From the IMG/VR virus record IMGVR_UViG_3300043428_000023, positions 1 through 36,891 of that record: DNA of 36,891 bases. The stretch is one strand, 5' to 3'. Positions within the stretch are counted from its first letter, which is position 1. Each line of letters opens with the position of its first letter. The notes beneath the pieces are model-generated. The model did no database searches, was not told the origin of the DNA, and saw only the letters and a list, made by a program, of their open reading frames with translations. The translations under genes and the position numbers were made by a program. Below, piece by piece: positions 1 through 8,629 of this stretch. The stretch is from a virus (taxonomy: Duplodnaviria; Caudoviricetes).

Positions 1-264
1 CACAGCCTCGACAATCCGCACTGCCTCAACCCGGCCAGACGCCGATCTGCTTTCGGCCTCAAGGCTAATGTCTACCGAAACGCCGACGATGGTGTCAGTG
101 TCGGCGGCGGTTGGCGTGATATCGCCAAAGCGCAGATAAGGGAACGTGACGCCCTGCGGCGGCTCGTCATAAATGCGCGTCGAAACAAGCGTAGTCACGC
201 CAGCGTTGGCGACCAGCGCAGCCCGCAGACCCTTTTGCAGCGCAAGTGCAAAGCCGTCAGCCAT
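1..264 (-). CDS. Tail terminator / DUF3168-type tail completion protein, 5' part (continues at 36736..36891 across the circular join)
   Basis: Hand translation from ATG at 264: MADGFALALQKGLRAALVANAGVTTLVSTRIYDEPPQGVTFPYLRFG...VRIVEAV; RIYDxPP..FPY motif; lies between the HK97-gp10-like gene and the tail tube; not in the ORF track because it is split. Confidence 0.85.
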   Translation of the reverse strand, partial: MADGFALALQKGLRAALVANAGVTTLVSTRIYDEPPQGVTFPYLRFGDITPTAADTDTIVGVSVDISLEAESRSASGRVEAVRIVEAV

Positions 265-649
265 TGGTCGCCTCCTTCAAGCCGCGCCGAATAGCAGACT
301 TGATGCTTCTGCTGAACTTCGGAGCCTGCAATTTCTGCGCTGTGCGAATGTAAGGCTGCGCCGTCGTGGTCCCGCGATTGCCTTTCTCGCGGCCAAATTC
401 GACGGCCTTTGCCTTGATTTGATCATCACGGGTTGGCGGCGCGGCTTCGACCGAACCCATCATGCCTTCATCGTCATACTTGGTGTAAATCCAGCCCTTC
501 AATTGGCCAGACTTCACAGGCACAAGGCTGCGGGCCATCCTTGCCGCTTGCTCTGTGTTCAGCTTGATAGACTTCACGACATTGCGGTGGACGGCTTCAG
601 GAGCATCCCGCAACTGTTTGGCCAGTTTCGCCGAGCCAGCAACCTTCAC
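257..649 (-). CDS. HK97 gp10-like tail completion/neck protein
   Basis: Basic 130 aa protein with ARSLVPVKSGQL, VEFG and AQPYIR motifs; synteny. Confidence 0.85.
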   Translation of the reverse strand: MKVAGSAKLAKQLRDAPEAVHRNVVKSIKLNTEQAARMARSLVPVKSGQLKGWIYTKYDDEGMMGSVEAAPPTRDDQIKAKAVEFGREKGNRGTTTAQPYIRTAQKLQAPKFSRSIKSAIRRGLKEATNG

Positions 650-984
650 GTCGCCACCCCGCGCTCAAGCAGGAACTCAATTACCGCGTTCTTGCTGTCG
701 ATGTGGGTCACGTTTTTGATGGCCCAAGTGTAGCCACGGATGACAACGCGATCAGCAGCCGTGATCGCTCTTGTAATTGTGTCGCCACGGCAGCGCATGG
801 TGGCCATCGCCACGTCGTTCAGCGCACCGCCTTCAATCGTTTCCTTGCCAGTGCGCTCACGCAGATCGGCCCATCGCACGCCGTATTCCGACCATCCAGT
901 GTAGACGTTGCCATAAGCATCAACAGCGCCTGCATCGAGGCGCTGGAATGTAGCACGTTCACCGAATGCGCCAGCCTTAGCCAT
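646..984 (-). CDS. Head closure protein (SPP1 gp16-like head-tail adaptor)
   Basis: 112 aa, KAGAFGERATFQR..DAYGN..W..Y..RWA pattern; position after the head-tail connector. Confidence 0.85.
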   Translation of the reverse strand: MAKAGAFGERATFQRLDAGAVDAYGNVYTGWSEYGVRWADLRERTGKETIEGGALNDVAMATMRCRGDTITRAITAADRVVIRGYTWAIKNVTHIDSKNAVIEFLLERGVAT

Positions 985-1570
985 ACCAAGAATTCCGTTC
1001 GATGTTCATCATTTCCATGAAGCCGTAGGGCAGATCTTGCATCTGCTTTTCCTGCGTCGTCTCGCGGTTTTCATACCAGTGCGCCACCAGCATCATCAGC
1101 CCGTGCCGAACAGTCTGCGGCACGCTTGTCGATGCGTCTCCATAACCGATCACATATTCGATCTTGATGGCATCATCGCGGGTCTGCGTGATCGGCCATG
1201 CCTTGCCTGTCTTTGGCGTGATCGTGATCCGGTTTGGCGTGCCGAACACGTTAAAGTCGGCCAGCGTTGCGGTCTGCAACACGCCGTTGATGTCGTAATA
1301 CTTGATTGCCGAAACAGACTGCACCGGGCCAAGCGAGAGCAGCACAGTGCTGGGGTTTGGCGCAAGCCACTCACCCCAAGTCTGCGTGATCATCGCGCGG
1401 CCAAGCACGCCTTGCACGTCCACGAAGGCAACGGCGGCATTGACCAGCCGCTCAATGATGGTGTCGTCGTCGTTTCCCTCCACGCGCATCTGTGCCTTGG
1501 CCTCGGCCACAGAGATGGGCAAGGCGGCTGGCGCGGTGACGCGGACGAGGGAGAACTGCGGAGACAGCAT
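977..1570 (-). CDS. Head-tail connector (gp6/phiE125 gp8-like)
   Basis: PISVAEAKAQMRV..DD..I..LV.AA N-terminus and LMMLVAHWYENRE C-terminal motif. Confidence 0.9.
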   Translation of the reverse strand: MLSPQFSLVRVTAPAALPISVAEAKAQMRVEGNDDDTIIERLVNAAVAFVDVQGVLGRAMITQTWGEWLAPNPSTVLLSLGPVQSVSAIKYYDINGVLQTATLADFNVFGTPNRITITPKTGKAWPITQTRDDAIKIEYVIGYGDASTSVPQTVRHGLMMLVAHWYENRETTQEKQMQDLPYGFMEMMNIERNSWYG

Positions 1571-1573
1571 CTG

Positions 1574-1768
1574 TTATTCCTTCACGGCTTTCTCAACAGC
1601 GGTCTTTTTGACAGCGCGTTCAACCTTGGCTTCGGCATCAGCGAAGCCCTCGGCGATGCCTGCCTCAATGTAGCGTGCGGCGGTCTCATCGGCGCAGTCA
1701 ATCACGTCGCCCTTGTTGTGCGAGAAATCAACTCCAGCCATTGATGTGAGCAAACGAACCTTAGCCAT
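1574..1768 (-). CDS. Small conserved head-module protein (64 aa)
   Basis: Strong RBS (GGAGG) and typical position between capsid and connector; GDVID...A.RYI.AGIAE pattern. Confidence 0.75.
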   Translation of the reverse strand: MAKVRLLTSMAGVDFSHNKGDVIDCADETAARYIEAGIAEGFADAEAKVERAVKKTAVEKAVKE

Positions 1769-1788
1769 GTCGGCCTCCTTTTGTGGGA

Positions 1789-1811
1789 CGGGCGGGACCG
1801 AAGCCCCGCCC
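1789..1811 (-). terminator. GC-rich hairpin with cUUCGg tetraloop after the capsid gene (terminator/attenuator or mRNA 3'-stabiliser)
   Basis: Minus strand GGGCGGGGC-TTCG-GTCCCGCCC just after the MCP stop; no U-tract on the minus strand, so it would be at most a partial terminator. Confidence 0.55.
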
Positions 1812-1828
1812 AGTTTTCAGATCAGGCC

Positions 1829-3082
1829 TTAGGAAGCGGCGGTGATCAGGTGCTTGATGGCAGCGGTGTTGGCCAGCACGCCGTCGAAGCGGATGTAGCC
1901 GAGGATGCCGTAATCGGGAGCGAAGCGCTCACGAGCCACGAACAGCGACGGACCACCGACTTTGCGGACGTAGAACTTCGACATGTCGCCGAACAGCATG
2001 ACCTTCTTGGCGGCAGCCAGCGAGTCCATTGCTTGGTTCACGACCACGTTGTAGCCGAGAATGTTCTGCGGGACGCCAGCCTGATAGTTGCCCATCTGCC
2101 AGAGGTAGTTGCCCTGACCGTCCTTCAGCTTACGGACAGCGGCGAGGGTGCTGTCGTTCATCATGATGGCGGTGCTGGGTGCCGAGCGGTAAGCCGGGTC
2201 CACCGAGTGGATCAGATCGATGATCTCGTCAGCGGTGACAGCAGCCGTAGCGGCGGCGGTCTTGCCTGCTGCCGAGTTGGTCACGATGCCCTCAACGTCA
2301 GAGGAACCCGAGCCAGTGGTCAGCTTCGAGTTGGCGATGCGGCCCATGCGCTCACCAAGGAGTTCGCCCAGAAGCTGCTCCATGTTGAGGATCGAGTCGT
2401 TTGCCAGTTCATACGACCAACGCACCCATTCGGTGTCGAAGGCAAACGCGCCCAGCGTCTTTTGGCCGAAGGTCACGTCCTTGCCGCCGTCGTCGGTCGG
2501 CTGGGTGCCTTCCGTGTGGGCTTCGGCAGCGACAGTGGTGTCGTTGACGGTCGGGATGTTGAACGTGTTGCCAGCCGTGGTGTTGATCACGGTGAACAGG
2601 TTCGAGTCGTACATCGGACCAGTGGCGATCATGGCCTTGTCGATGAAGGTCGCCAGTTCCGTCGGAACAGTGAAACCACCAGCGGTCGTGGTGCCAGCGG
2701 TTTGGGTGCGGAGTTCGTTGCTACGCAGAACCTGACGCACTTCGCTGTCCAAGCCATCAACGCCGCCATTGGCGATCATCTTGTAGAACGCCGAGCGGTA
2801 GTCCAAGGACGAGCCAAGGTCAGCAGCCGGAGCCGAGGTGCGCTCAGCGACAGGGCGCTTCGACAGGTCAACCGAGTGAGCAGCGCGGATAGCCGCGTCA
2901 GCTTTTTCCATGCGCTGTGCAACGCCCGACAGGCGGTCATGCTCAGCCATCATGGAGTCAAACTCGCGCTCGATTTCAGCGGCGCGGGCTTCTTCGGTCT
3001 TGTCCGTCACTTCTGCAAGTTTGGAACGGGCTTCCGTGGCGATACGCGCCATCTTCTCCCGCAGGTCTTTCACGTCAGCCAT
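1829..3082 (-). CDS. Major capsid protein, HK97 fold, with N-terminal coiled-coil delta/scaffold domain
   Basis: 417 aa; AGGFTVP, LKDGQGNYLW, ILGYNVV, LFGDMS and RFDG motifs; helical first ~110 aa. Confidence 0.97.
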   Translation of the reverse strand: MADVKDLREKMARIATEARSKLAEVTDKTEEARAAEIEREFDSMMAEHDRLSGVAQRMEKADAAIRAAHSVDLSKRPVAERTSAPAADLGSSLDYRSAFYKMIANGGVDGLDSEVRQVLRSNELRTQTAGTTTAGGFTVPTELATFIDKAMIATGPMYDSNLFTVINTTAGNTFNIPTVNDTTVAAEAHTEGTQPTDDGGKDVTFGQKTLGAFAFDTEWVRWSYELANDSILNMEQLLGELLGERMGRIANSKLTTGSGSSDVEGIVTNSAAGKTAAATAAVTADEIIDLIHSVDPAYRSAPSTAIMMNDSTLAAVRKLKDGQGNYLWQMGNYQAGVPQNILGYNVVVNQAMDSLAAAKKVMLFGDMSKFYVRKVGGPSLFVARERFAPDYGILGYIRFDGVLANTAAIKHLITAAS

Positions 3083-3113
3083 GATGGCCTCCTACATTGT
3101 GCCTTGCCCAAGG
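3077..3113 (-). promoter_or_regulatory. Hairpin+RBS leader element (copy 1) upstream of the major capsid gene
   Basis: CCTTGGGCAAG-N10-GGAGGCCATCATGGCT; same sequence and spacing at 36686..36722. Confidence 0.7.
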
Positions 3114-3147
3114 GCTGGGGGTTTGGGCCAACAGCGGGAGACCGCCG

Positions 3148-4071
3148 TTATTCTTGCAAGCGGGCCTTCATGCGAAGGCGGCGCGCCGCTTGATTTTTGT
3201 TTTGCGTTGCGCGGTGCTGCTCCAGCGACCGCAAAGCAATCTCGGTTCCTTCGTAGGCTGGCGTCGTCACGATGGAAACGTCAAACAACTGCGCCTCTTG
3301 GATCGTGCGGCGCGGCGGGTTTGCTCTGTCGTCCCAATTTTGACGAACTGGGCGGAAGGCGAAAGACATCTTGTCCAAATCACCGCGCTTCATCTTCGGC
3401 ACGATGCTGCGAACATCCGGGTCGGATTGGTCAAGCATGGCTTCCATGTAAAGCCCGCGCTCGTCCTCGGCCAGCTTCAGCGTGCCGGATCTGGTGCGTG
3501 CCAGCGGAAGTCCTTCATGGTTGATCAGGAAAACCACATCGTCGCGCCCGATGGCTGCACTGAAAGCGCCGCGCTCAATCATCTCGGTAAACATTCCGCC
3601 GATGTTGGTTTCCTCGCCAAAGACGGCGGCATAGCCGGAAACTCGGATTTCGCCAGCATCATCTTCGCGGATTTCGGCAGGAACGCCACGACGGATTTCT
3701 TTTTCAGACATCTCAAGCCCCGTTTGTTGCGGCGATTGTAGCACAGAGCGAGCGTCCTCGTCCACGGCCTCGCTCTCTATGATCCTGTTGGCCCAAGACT
3801 GCCCCGGATCGCCACCCCAAAGCGCCCATGCAATGCGGCCATTCGACGGGTAGCCATCTTCGCCGGGGCGAAAACCTTCGGCTTCCTTGTCCACTTCATG
3901 CCGCGCAAAGTAGCTGGCCATGCGCTGGACCGTGTCCATCGACAGGTCAACCTTGTTCGAGATGTCCCGCGCACGAGCAATGCCAACCTCGGTGCCGCCG
4001 CGCCCAAACTCGCGCCGCCAATCTAGGCCACGCTGGGCCTCGTCAGCCATCGCGTCATTCGGCACTGGCAT
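3148..4071 (-). CDS. HK97-family prohead protease (S78) with an extra ~120 aa N-terminal domain; probable internal start at 3711
   Basis: C-terminal part has GYAAVF, FLINH, LARTRSGTL, KMSFAF and DVSIVTTPAY motifs; N-terminal part is unrelated to proteases. Confidence 0.92.
   Translation of the reverse strand: MPVPNDAMADEAQRGLDWRREFGRGGTEVGIARARDISNKVDLSMDTVQRMASYFARHEVDKEAEGFRPGEDGYPSNGRIAWALWGGDPGQSWANRIIESEAVDEDARSVLQSPQQTGLEMSEKEIRRGVPAEIREDDAGEIRVSGYAAVFGEETNIGGMFTEMIERGAFSAAIGRDDVVFLINHEGLPLARTRSGTLKLAEDERGLYMEAMLDQSDPDVRSIVPKMKRGDLDKMSFAFRPVRQNWDDRANPPRRTIQEAQLFDVSIVTTPAYEGTEIALRSLEQHRATQNKNQAARRLRMKARLQE
3735..3745 (-). promoter_or_regulatory. Extended -10-like element TGTGCTACAAT inside the protease ORF, upstream of the internal ATG
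   Basis: TGn-TACAAT about 24 nt upstream of ATG 3711; similar elements lie before portal and tail fibre. Confidence 0.45.
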
Positions 4072-5281
4072 TAGGCGCTCCCGTGTTGGGCTGGCTTCCC
4101 AGCGGCACAGTCGCGCCTTGGATCAACAGATCGTCGCCGTTTGCCTTGGCTTCCATGTTTTCAATGGCGCGCACCTCGTTGGGCGTGCGGATGCCGTTTT
4201 GGATCGACGTAGCGTAAGCCTCCATCCGCGACTTCAGATCGCCGCGCAGCAATCCGTCCACGTTGAATTCCACATAGAAATCAGAGCCGCGCCCGAAGAA
4301 CTTAAGGTTCATCTCCTGTTCGAACTGCTCAACCCACCGCTTCACGGTGTGCTTCACGAAGTGCAAATCCTGCTGTTCCGTGTTGCTGAATGTGCCGTGG
4401 GTCAGGTCTTGCAGGAACACAGGCGGCAGCGAGTAAATGCGGGCGATCTGTTCGATGCTGAACCGCTGCAATTCCAGAAGCTGCATGTTCTCCGGCGTAA
4501 AGCCGATGGTCTTCAACTCATGGCCAAGCGGCAGCGCCATGATCGGGCGGCCTTCCTTGGCCAGCTTCAAGGTCGTGGCGGCCACGTCCTCAGATGCCCG
4601 GTTGGCAGCCGCGCCGGATTGGAACGGGCCTTGCAGCACGGCGGGCGGGATGCCGCCGGATTGGAAAGCCTTGGAGCCGTAACGGCTGGCCGCAATGGCC
4701 ATCCCGATGGCGTCTTTGTTCTGCGAGATCGGCCCGCGTGCGTCCGTCATGTTGGCCTTCAGCATGAACGGCAGGTCGAGAACCTCGCTGGCCTCATAGA
4801 CCTTGGCGTTGACCCGATAAATCTTGCGGCCATCGATCAGGCGCTCAACGCGAACCTTGGTCGGGTCCAGCGGATACAGGTTGACGATCTGGCCCAGAGC
4901 GTTGCGCTCGATGTAAGTGATGGCACGCCCGCCTGTCAGAACCTGCTCGAATGAGTATTTACGCCACTCGAAAGACGACATGTCCTCGTTTATCACGTCG
5001 TGCAGGATCAGCGACAACTCGCCGTCAACCTTTGATCGCCCGCCGTCCTCATCCTTGCGGTAAACATGCAGCGGCAGGCCTGCGATGGTTCCAGCGATGA
5101 AGTTGACCGCAGCCCAGACAGCAGGCACGCCCAGCGCCGTGTCCACGTTCACGGTGACGCCAGATGATGCGTAGAGATCGCCCCAGCCCATGATCTGCAA
5201 GAAGTCATTCGCAGACACAGGCGCGGTCGGGTTCTCCAGATTGCGGTTTTCCGCTTTGCGGAAGCGATCAAAAAAAGCCAT
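4055..5281 (-). CDS. Portal protein, HK97 family
   Basis: 408 aa; VWAAVNFIAGTIAGLPLHVY, IARIYSLPP, TFSNTEQQ and TPNEVRAIEN motifs. Confidence 0.97.
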   Translation of the reverse strand: MAFFDRFRKAENRNLENPTAPVSANDFLQIMGWGDLYASSGVTVNVDTALGVPAVWAAVNFIAGTIAGLPLHVYRKDEDGGRSKVDGELSLILHDVINEDMSSFEWRKYSFEQVLTGGRAITYIERNALGQIVNLYPLDPTKVRVERLIDGRKIYRVNAKVYEASEVLDLPFMLKANMTDARGPISQNKDAIGMAIAASRYGSKAFQSGGIPPAVLQGPFQSGAAANRASEDVAATTLKLAKEGRPIMALPLGHELKTIGFTPENMQLLELQRFSIEQIARIYSLPPVFLQDLTHGTFSNTEQQDLHFVKHTVKRWVEQFEQEMNLKFFGRGSDFYVEFNVDGLLRGDLKSRMEAYATSIQNGIRTPNEVRAIENMEAKANGDDLLIQGATVPLGSQPNTGAPNASAE

Positions 5282-5312
5282 CAGACCCGATCCATAAACG
5301 CGGTTTCGTGGA

Positions 5313-5323
5313 AAGATAACACA
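5313..5323 (-). promoter_or_regulatory. Extended -10-like element TGTGTTATCTT upstream of portal
   Basis: TGn-TATCTT in the terL-portal spacer. Confidence 0.35.
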
Positions 5324-6838
5324 TCAAAGACTAAGCGTAAAGGAAGGGTCATCCCACGGCGACGAGTGCGGTATGCCAGCGTCGTGCGACTCAACACCCA
5401 AAGCCATCGCAAGAGCGACCACGCCGTCGATCCGGCCCGATGATTTGGCCTTGGTCAGCTTGCGGTCGCCCGCTGGGCTGCGCTCTGCCACCGCGTTGGC
5501 GGCGCACATGTTCATCACCGGGTTTGCGCCGTGCCTGATCTTGCGCTCTGCCACCAGCCGCTCCAGCTTATCAACCGCCGGGGCCATGTCCTTAAAGCCC
5601 TGCCCAAACGGCTGCATCGGCAGGCTTACCCCGATAGTGTCGAGTTCCCGCGTAAAGTCATTGATGCGCCATCGGTCATAAGCCAGCAGTTGCAGGTCGT
5701 ATTGGTCAGCCGCGTCGGCCACTGCCTGCGCCACGACAGCCGGAATGATTACAGGTCCATCGATCAGCGTGATGAAACCTTGCTCCGCCCAAACATCGTA
5801 AGGCACCTTGTCTTCTTTGGCCCGCTCACGGATGCCCTGCGCTGGCATGAAGAACTGCGGCACGACGTGATAGATGCCGTCCTGCGGGAACACCATCACG
5901 AAGGCCGTCAAGTCCCGGCTGGCAGACAGGTCAAGCCCAGCATAGCACAGCGCGCCCGTCTCAACCTCTGGCTCCTCGGCGTTGGCCTCCCATTCGCTTC
6001 GGTTGAGGAACGGGCTGGTCGCCTCAATGCGCTGGTTTAGGAACAGCCAGCGAAAGCTGTTCTCCTTGGCGGGCAGGCGGTCGGCCTGCTTGGCGAAGTC
6101 CTCGATGTCGGTCAGGCTGCGGAACTCGCCCAAGGCTGGGTTGGCCGCCGCCCACGCTTCGCGATCCATCACCTCACAGTCTTCCGGCGCGGTGTAGACA
6201 TGGCTGACGATCCGCTTGTCCTTGGCGTTCTTGGCGTCGTCCAGCCAGATGCTGAACAGGTCGCCGTCCGTCGCCGCCTGCGTGCTGATGGCGATCAGGA
6301 GCGGATCGTCATGTGCGCCCTGTGCAGTTTCGATGGCTTCGATGAAAGCATCGGTCGGCCCGCGCACCTGACCAACCTCGTCCAAGATCGCCAGCACAGG
6401 AGAAAGGCCGTGGGCCGTCCCGGCTTCCGCGCTGATGGCTTTGTATTCCACGTTCATCGGCAGACCGATCAGCGATTTCTGCGACGGCACGATCCGCACG
6501 ATCTTGGAAAGTTCCGGCGAAAGCCTGACCATCTTTTCGGCCAGCTTGAAAACGAGGCTGGCTTGGTCGCGTGATCTAGCGCCGCTGATGATCTGGCTGT
6601 TCTGCCGTGCCTCTGGGCCGACGATATGGGCAAGCAGGATCGCGGCGATCAGGGCCGACTTGCCGTTCTTGCGACCGACCGACAAATAGGCGCGGCTGGT
6701 CCCGACCTTGTTGTCGTAGATGTCCAAGATGAACTTGCGCTGAAAAGCCATCAGCTTCAGAGGCTGGCCAACGTGCTTCCCTTCAGGAACCTTGCAATAA
6801 CGCTCAATGAAGGCGCAAACCTTTTCGCCGCGTGTCAT
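5324..6838 (-). CDS. terL: Terminase large subunit (Terminase_1, HK97-like cos type)
   Basis: Walker A GRKNGKS, Walker B ILDE, ISTQA coupling motif, nuclease GLDLS..DLTA and IDGVVALAMA. Confidence 0.97.
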   Translation of the reverse strand: MTRGEKVCAFIERYCKVPEGKHVGQPLKLMAFQRKFILDIYDNKVGTSRAYLSVGRKNGKSALIAAILLAHIVGPEARQNSQIISGARSRDQASLVFKLAEKMVRLSPELSKIVRIVPSQKSLIGLPMNVEYKAISAEAGTAHGLSPVLAILDEVGQVRGPTDAFIEAIETAQGAHDDPLLIAISTQAATDGDLFSIWLDDAKNAKDKRIVSHVYTAPEDCEVMDREAWAAANPALGEFRSLTDIEDFAKQADRLPAKENSFRWLFLNQRIEATSPFLNRSEWEANAEEPEVETGALCYAGLDLSASRDLTAFVMVFPQDGIYHVVPQFFMPAQGIRERAKEDKVPYDVWAEQGFITLIDGPVIIPAVVAQAVADAADQYDLQLLAYDRWRINDFTRELDTIGVSLPMQPFGQGFKDMAPAVDKLERLVAERKIRHGANPVMNMCAANAVAERSPAGDRKLTKAKSSGRIDGVVALAMALGVESHDAGIPHSSPWDDPSFTLSL

Positions 6839-7314
6839 CAGTTAGGCCTTGCAAGCAGATCGTCTTGGAAGTCGGCCCCATCTTCGATGGCCTTTGTGCT
6901 GTCTCGACGCTTGCCAATGTCTCGGGCCTCACCGCTTTGCGCGCGCGCGTGAAGGCCGAGGCTGCGGCGGTAAGACAGGATCGTGCTGGCGTGCATCTGT
7001 ATCACAGTCTTGCGCGGATTGACGACAGGCGTTCCCTTCTCGGTAAATGAAACCGAACCTTCAACGCGAAGTCTTTGCTGCTCCATGTTGAGATCGGCCA
7101 TCGTCCTTGCCAGCATCGCTGCCAACTCCAACTGGTGCGCCGTCCACTCGCTGCGTGCGAACTCCTCCAGCACGTTTGCAAAGAACGGCAGGTCGCAGTC
7201 CTCAAGCGGAACAGTGCTTGGCGGTGAAATCTGCTTCTGCGCGCTCTGCATGACCGCCACCGCTTCGGATGCGCTGGTGATCGGAGCCTTTCGTGGCGTT
7301 TTTTTGCTCGTCAT
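6838..7314 (-). CDS. terS: Terminase small subunit (start revised from 7365 to ATG 7314)
   Basis: GAGGTG RBS before MTSKK; GTPVVNP and SLGLHARA motifs typical of P27-type TerS; directly upstream of terL. Confidence 0.88.
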   Translation of the reverse strand: MTSKKTPRKAPITSASEAVAVMQSAQKQISPPSTVPLEDCDLPFFANVLEEFARSEWTAHQLELAAMLARTMADLNMEQQRLRVEGSVSFTEKGTPVVNPRKTVIQMHASTILSYRRSLGLHARAQSGEARDIGKRRDSTKAIEDGADFQDDLLARPN

Positions 7315-7329
7315 GTCGTTTTCACCTCG

Positions 7330-7416
7330 GAAAATCTGTATTTGCGCTAAAAGAAAGATGGGCAACGGGTTTGACTGCCCCAGCCCCTAGAGATGCGACC
7401 CACCCCCCCGTGCTGG
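7330..7416 (-). other. Candidate cos/packaging region upstream of terS
   Basis: Non-coding stretch with GGGGGGGTGGGTC G-run immediately upstream of terS in an HNH-terS-terL phage; inferred from HK97-like organisation. Confidence 0.5.
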
Positions 7417-8208
7417 TCACGTCTCGGCCTCCAGCATGATGACTTCCATGTCCACGCTCACCGCGCCCGTGCCGTTGCTGACCTTTGCCAGCACGCCCAT
7501 GTCTGTCAGTTCTGGGAACTTGATCGGCACGTCAAAGTTGATAGTAACTGACTGCGTGATCCCGATCAGTTCCTGCATCTTCTTGATGGGCTGATAAGGC
7601 GCGCTGGCTTGCAAGATGCCTTCGCGCTTCATGATCAGGATGTCGGTGGTCTTGGTGCCGTCCACGTTAATCTGCGCTGATGTCAGAAGGCCGACGTGAT
7701 TGCGAGGCACTGTGATCGACCCGATGCCTGTTGATGCGGATGGAAAGCCGTTGAGTTGTATTTGCGCCCAATCCTCACCGCCAGTAGATCGCTCAATGGT
7801 GATGTTGCCCGCGTGCGATCCTGCTGACTGCGTGCCGTATGTGCCGCTTTCGTAGACTTCAGCGAGATACAGGCGGATAAAACTTTGCGTTGTTGCTGCC
7901 GATGCTGATGTGCCTGCCGTGGCGATGATCTCGGTGATCTCATCCCCGCTGGCGTTTAGGCCCCACAGCTTCACAGAACGCGCACCATCACCGTTGGCCG
8001 TGTCTGCCGCGTTGCCACCCGCCTTGATGCGAAGTTGCACCGCGTTGGCTGGCTGTGGCGTGCGGTAAACGCCGATGTCTGAGACAGGTGTGTATGTGGT
8101 CGGGCATGAAATGTTGCGACCGAACTGATGATGGATGTGCGCTTGGAACATATTGCCCCGCGCAATGTGGTGTGACCACGACAGGCTATTCTTTTGGCGG
8201 ATTTCCAC
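7417..8208 (-). CDS. Hypothetical 263 aa beta-rich protein (possible virion component) between HNH and terS
   Basis: Long ORF overlapping the HNH stop; Gly/Thr/Ala-rich, DTANGDGARSVKLWGL...SFIRL...AGNITI. Confidence 0.8.
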   Translation of the reverse strand: MEIRQKNSLSWSHHIARGNMFQAHIHHQFGRNISCPTTYTPVSDIGVYRTPQPANAVQLRIKAGGNAADTANGDGARSVKLWGLNASGDEITEIIATAGTSASAATTQSFIRLYLAEVYESGTYGTQSAGSHAGNITIERSTGGEDWAQIQLNGFPSASTGIGSITVPRNHVGLLTSAQINVDGTKTTDILIMKREGILQASAPYQPIKKMQELIGITQSVTINFDVPIKFPELTDMGVLAKVSNGTGAVSVDMEVIMLEAET

Positions 8209-8569
8209 GGCGTTTCACTCCCGGATGGTTATCATCGATGGGCCAGCCATCATTGCCTATTGTAACATCAAAGCCCCGGTTCTCAATCGACTGAATGATG
8301 CCACTGTGATGCGCCCAGCAGACGCTTTGCAGGTTGTCCAAATTGAAGAACAGATCGAGGTCGCCTTTGTGCGGCTTGATGTGGTGAACGACTGCTGAGT
8401 TTGGGTGTGATACGCCGCGCCGCAGAATAACACCGCAGCCCTTGTGCTGGCATCGGTAGGCATCGCGGAACAAGGCTTGCTCACGCAGGATGCGCCATTG
8501 CTTGGTGGCGTATAGCTTTCGGTATTGCGTGGCTTCCTCGGATCGCCAGCGTTCTATCATCCTTGCCAT
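8186..8569 (-). CDS. HNH endonuclease (HK97 gp74-like packaging accessory); start revised to 8569
   Basis: W..LRE..L.RD.Y.CQ..GC...VVHHIKPHKGD..LFF..DNLQSVC..HH; GAGGTG RBS before ATG 8569. Confidence 0.93.
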   Translation of the reverse strand: MARMIERWRSEEATQYRKLYATKQWRILREQALFRDAYRCQHKGCGVILRRGVSHPNSAVVHHIKPHKGDLDLFFNLDNLQSVCWAHHSGIIQSIENRGFDVTIGNDGWPIDDNHPGVKRRGNPPKE

Positions 8570-8629
8570 GATGTCACCTCTTGACCGCAAGGTAAGCGAA
8601 GGTGCTGCCATTGGGATGGTGCGGGCTGG

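Noticed and set aside
1781-3193. Long plus-strand ORFs antisense to structural genes (e.g. 470 aa here, 344 aa at 3920, 426 aa at 31217)
   Set aside because: Shadow ORFs expected from GC-rich codon bias; no motifs or RBS
1-7314. Gene transfer agent cluster
   Set aside because: GTA-like genes are present, but so are replication, early, HNH/cos and lysis modules in a closed genome with no host flanks
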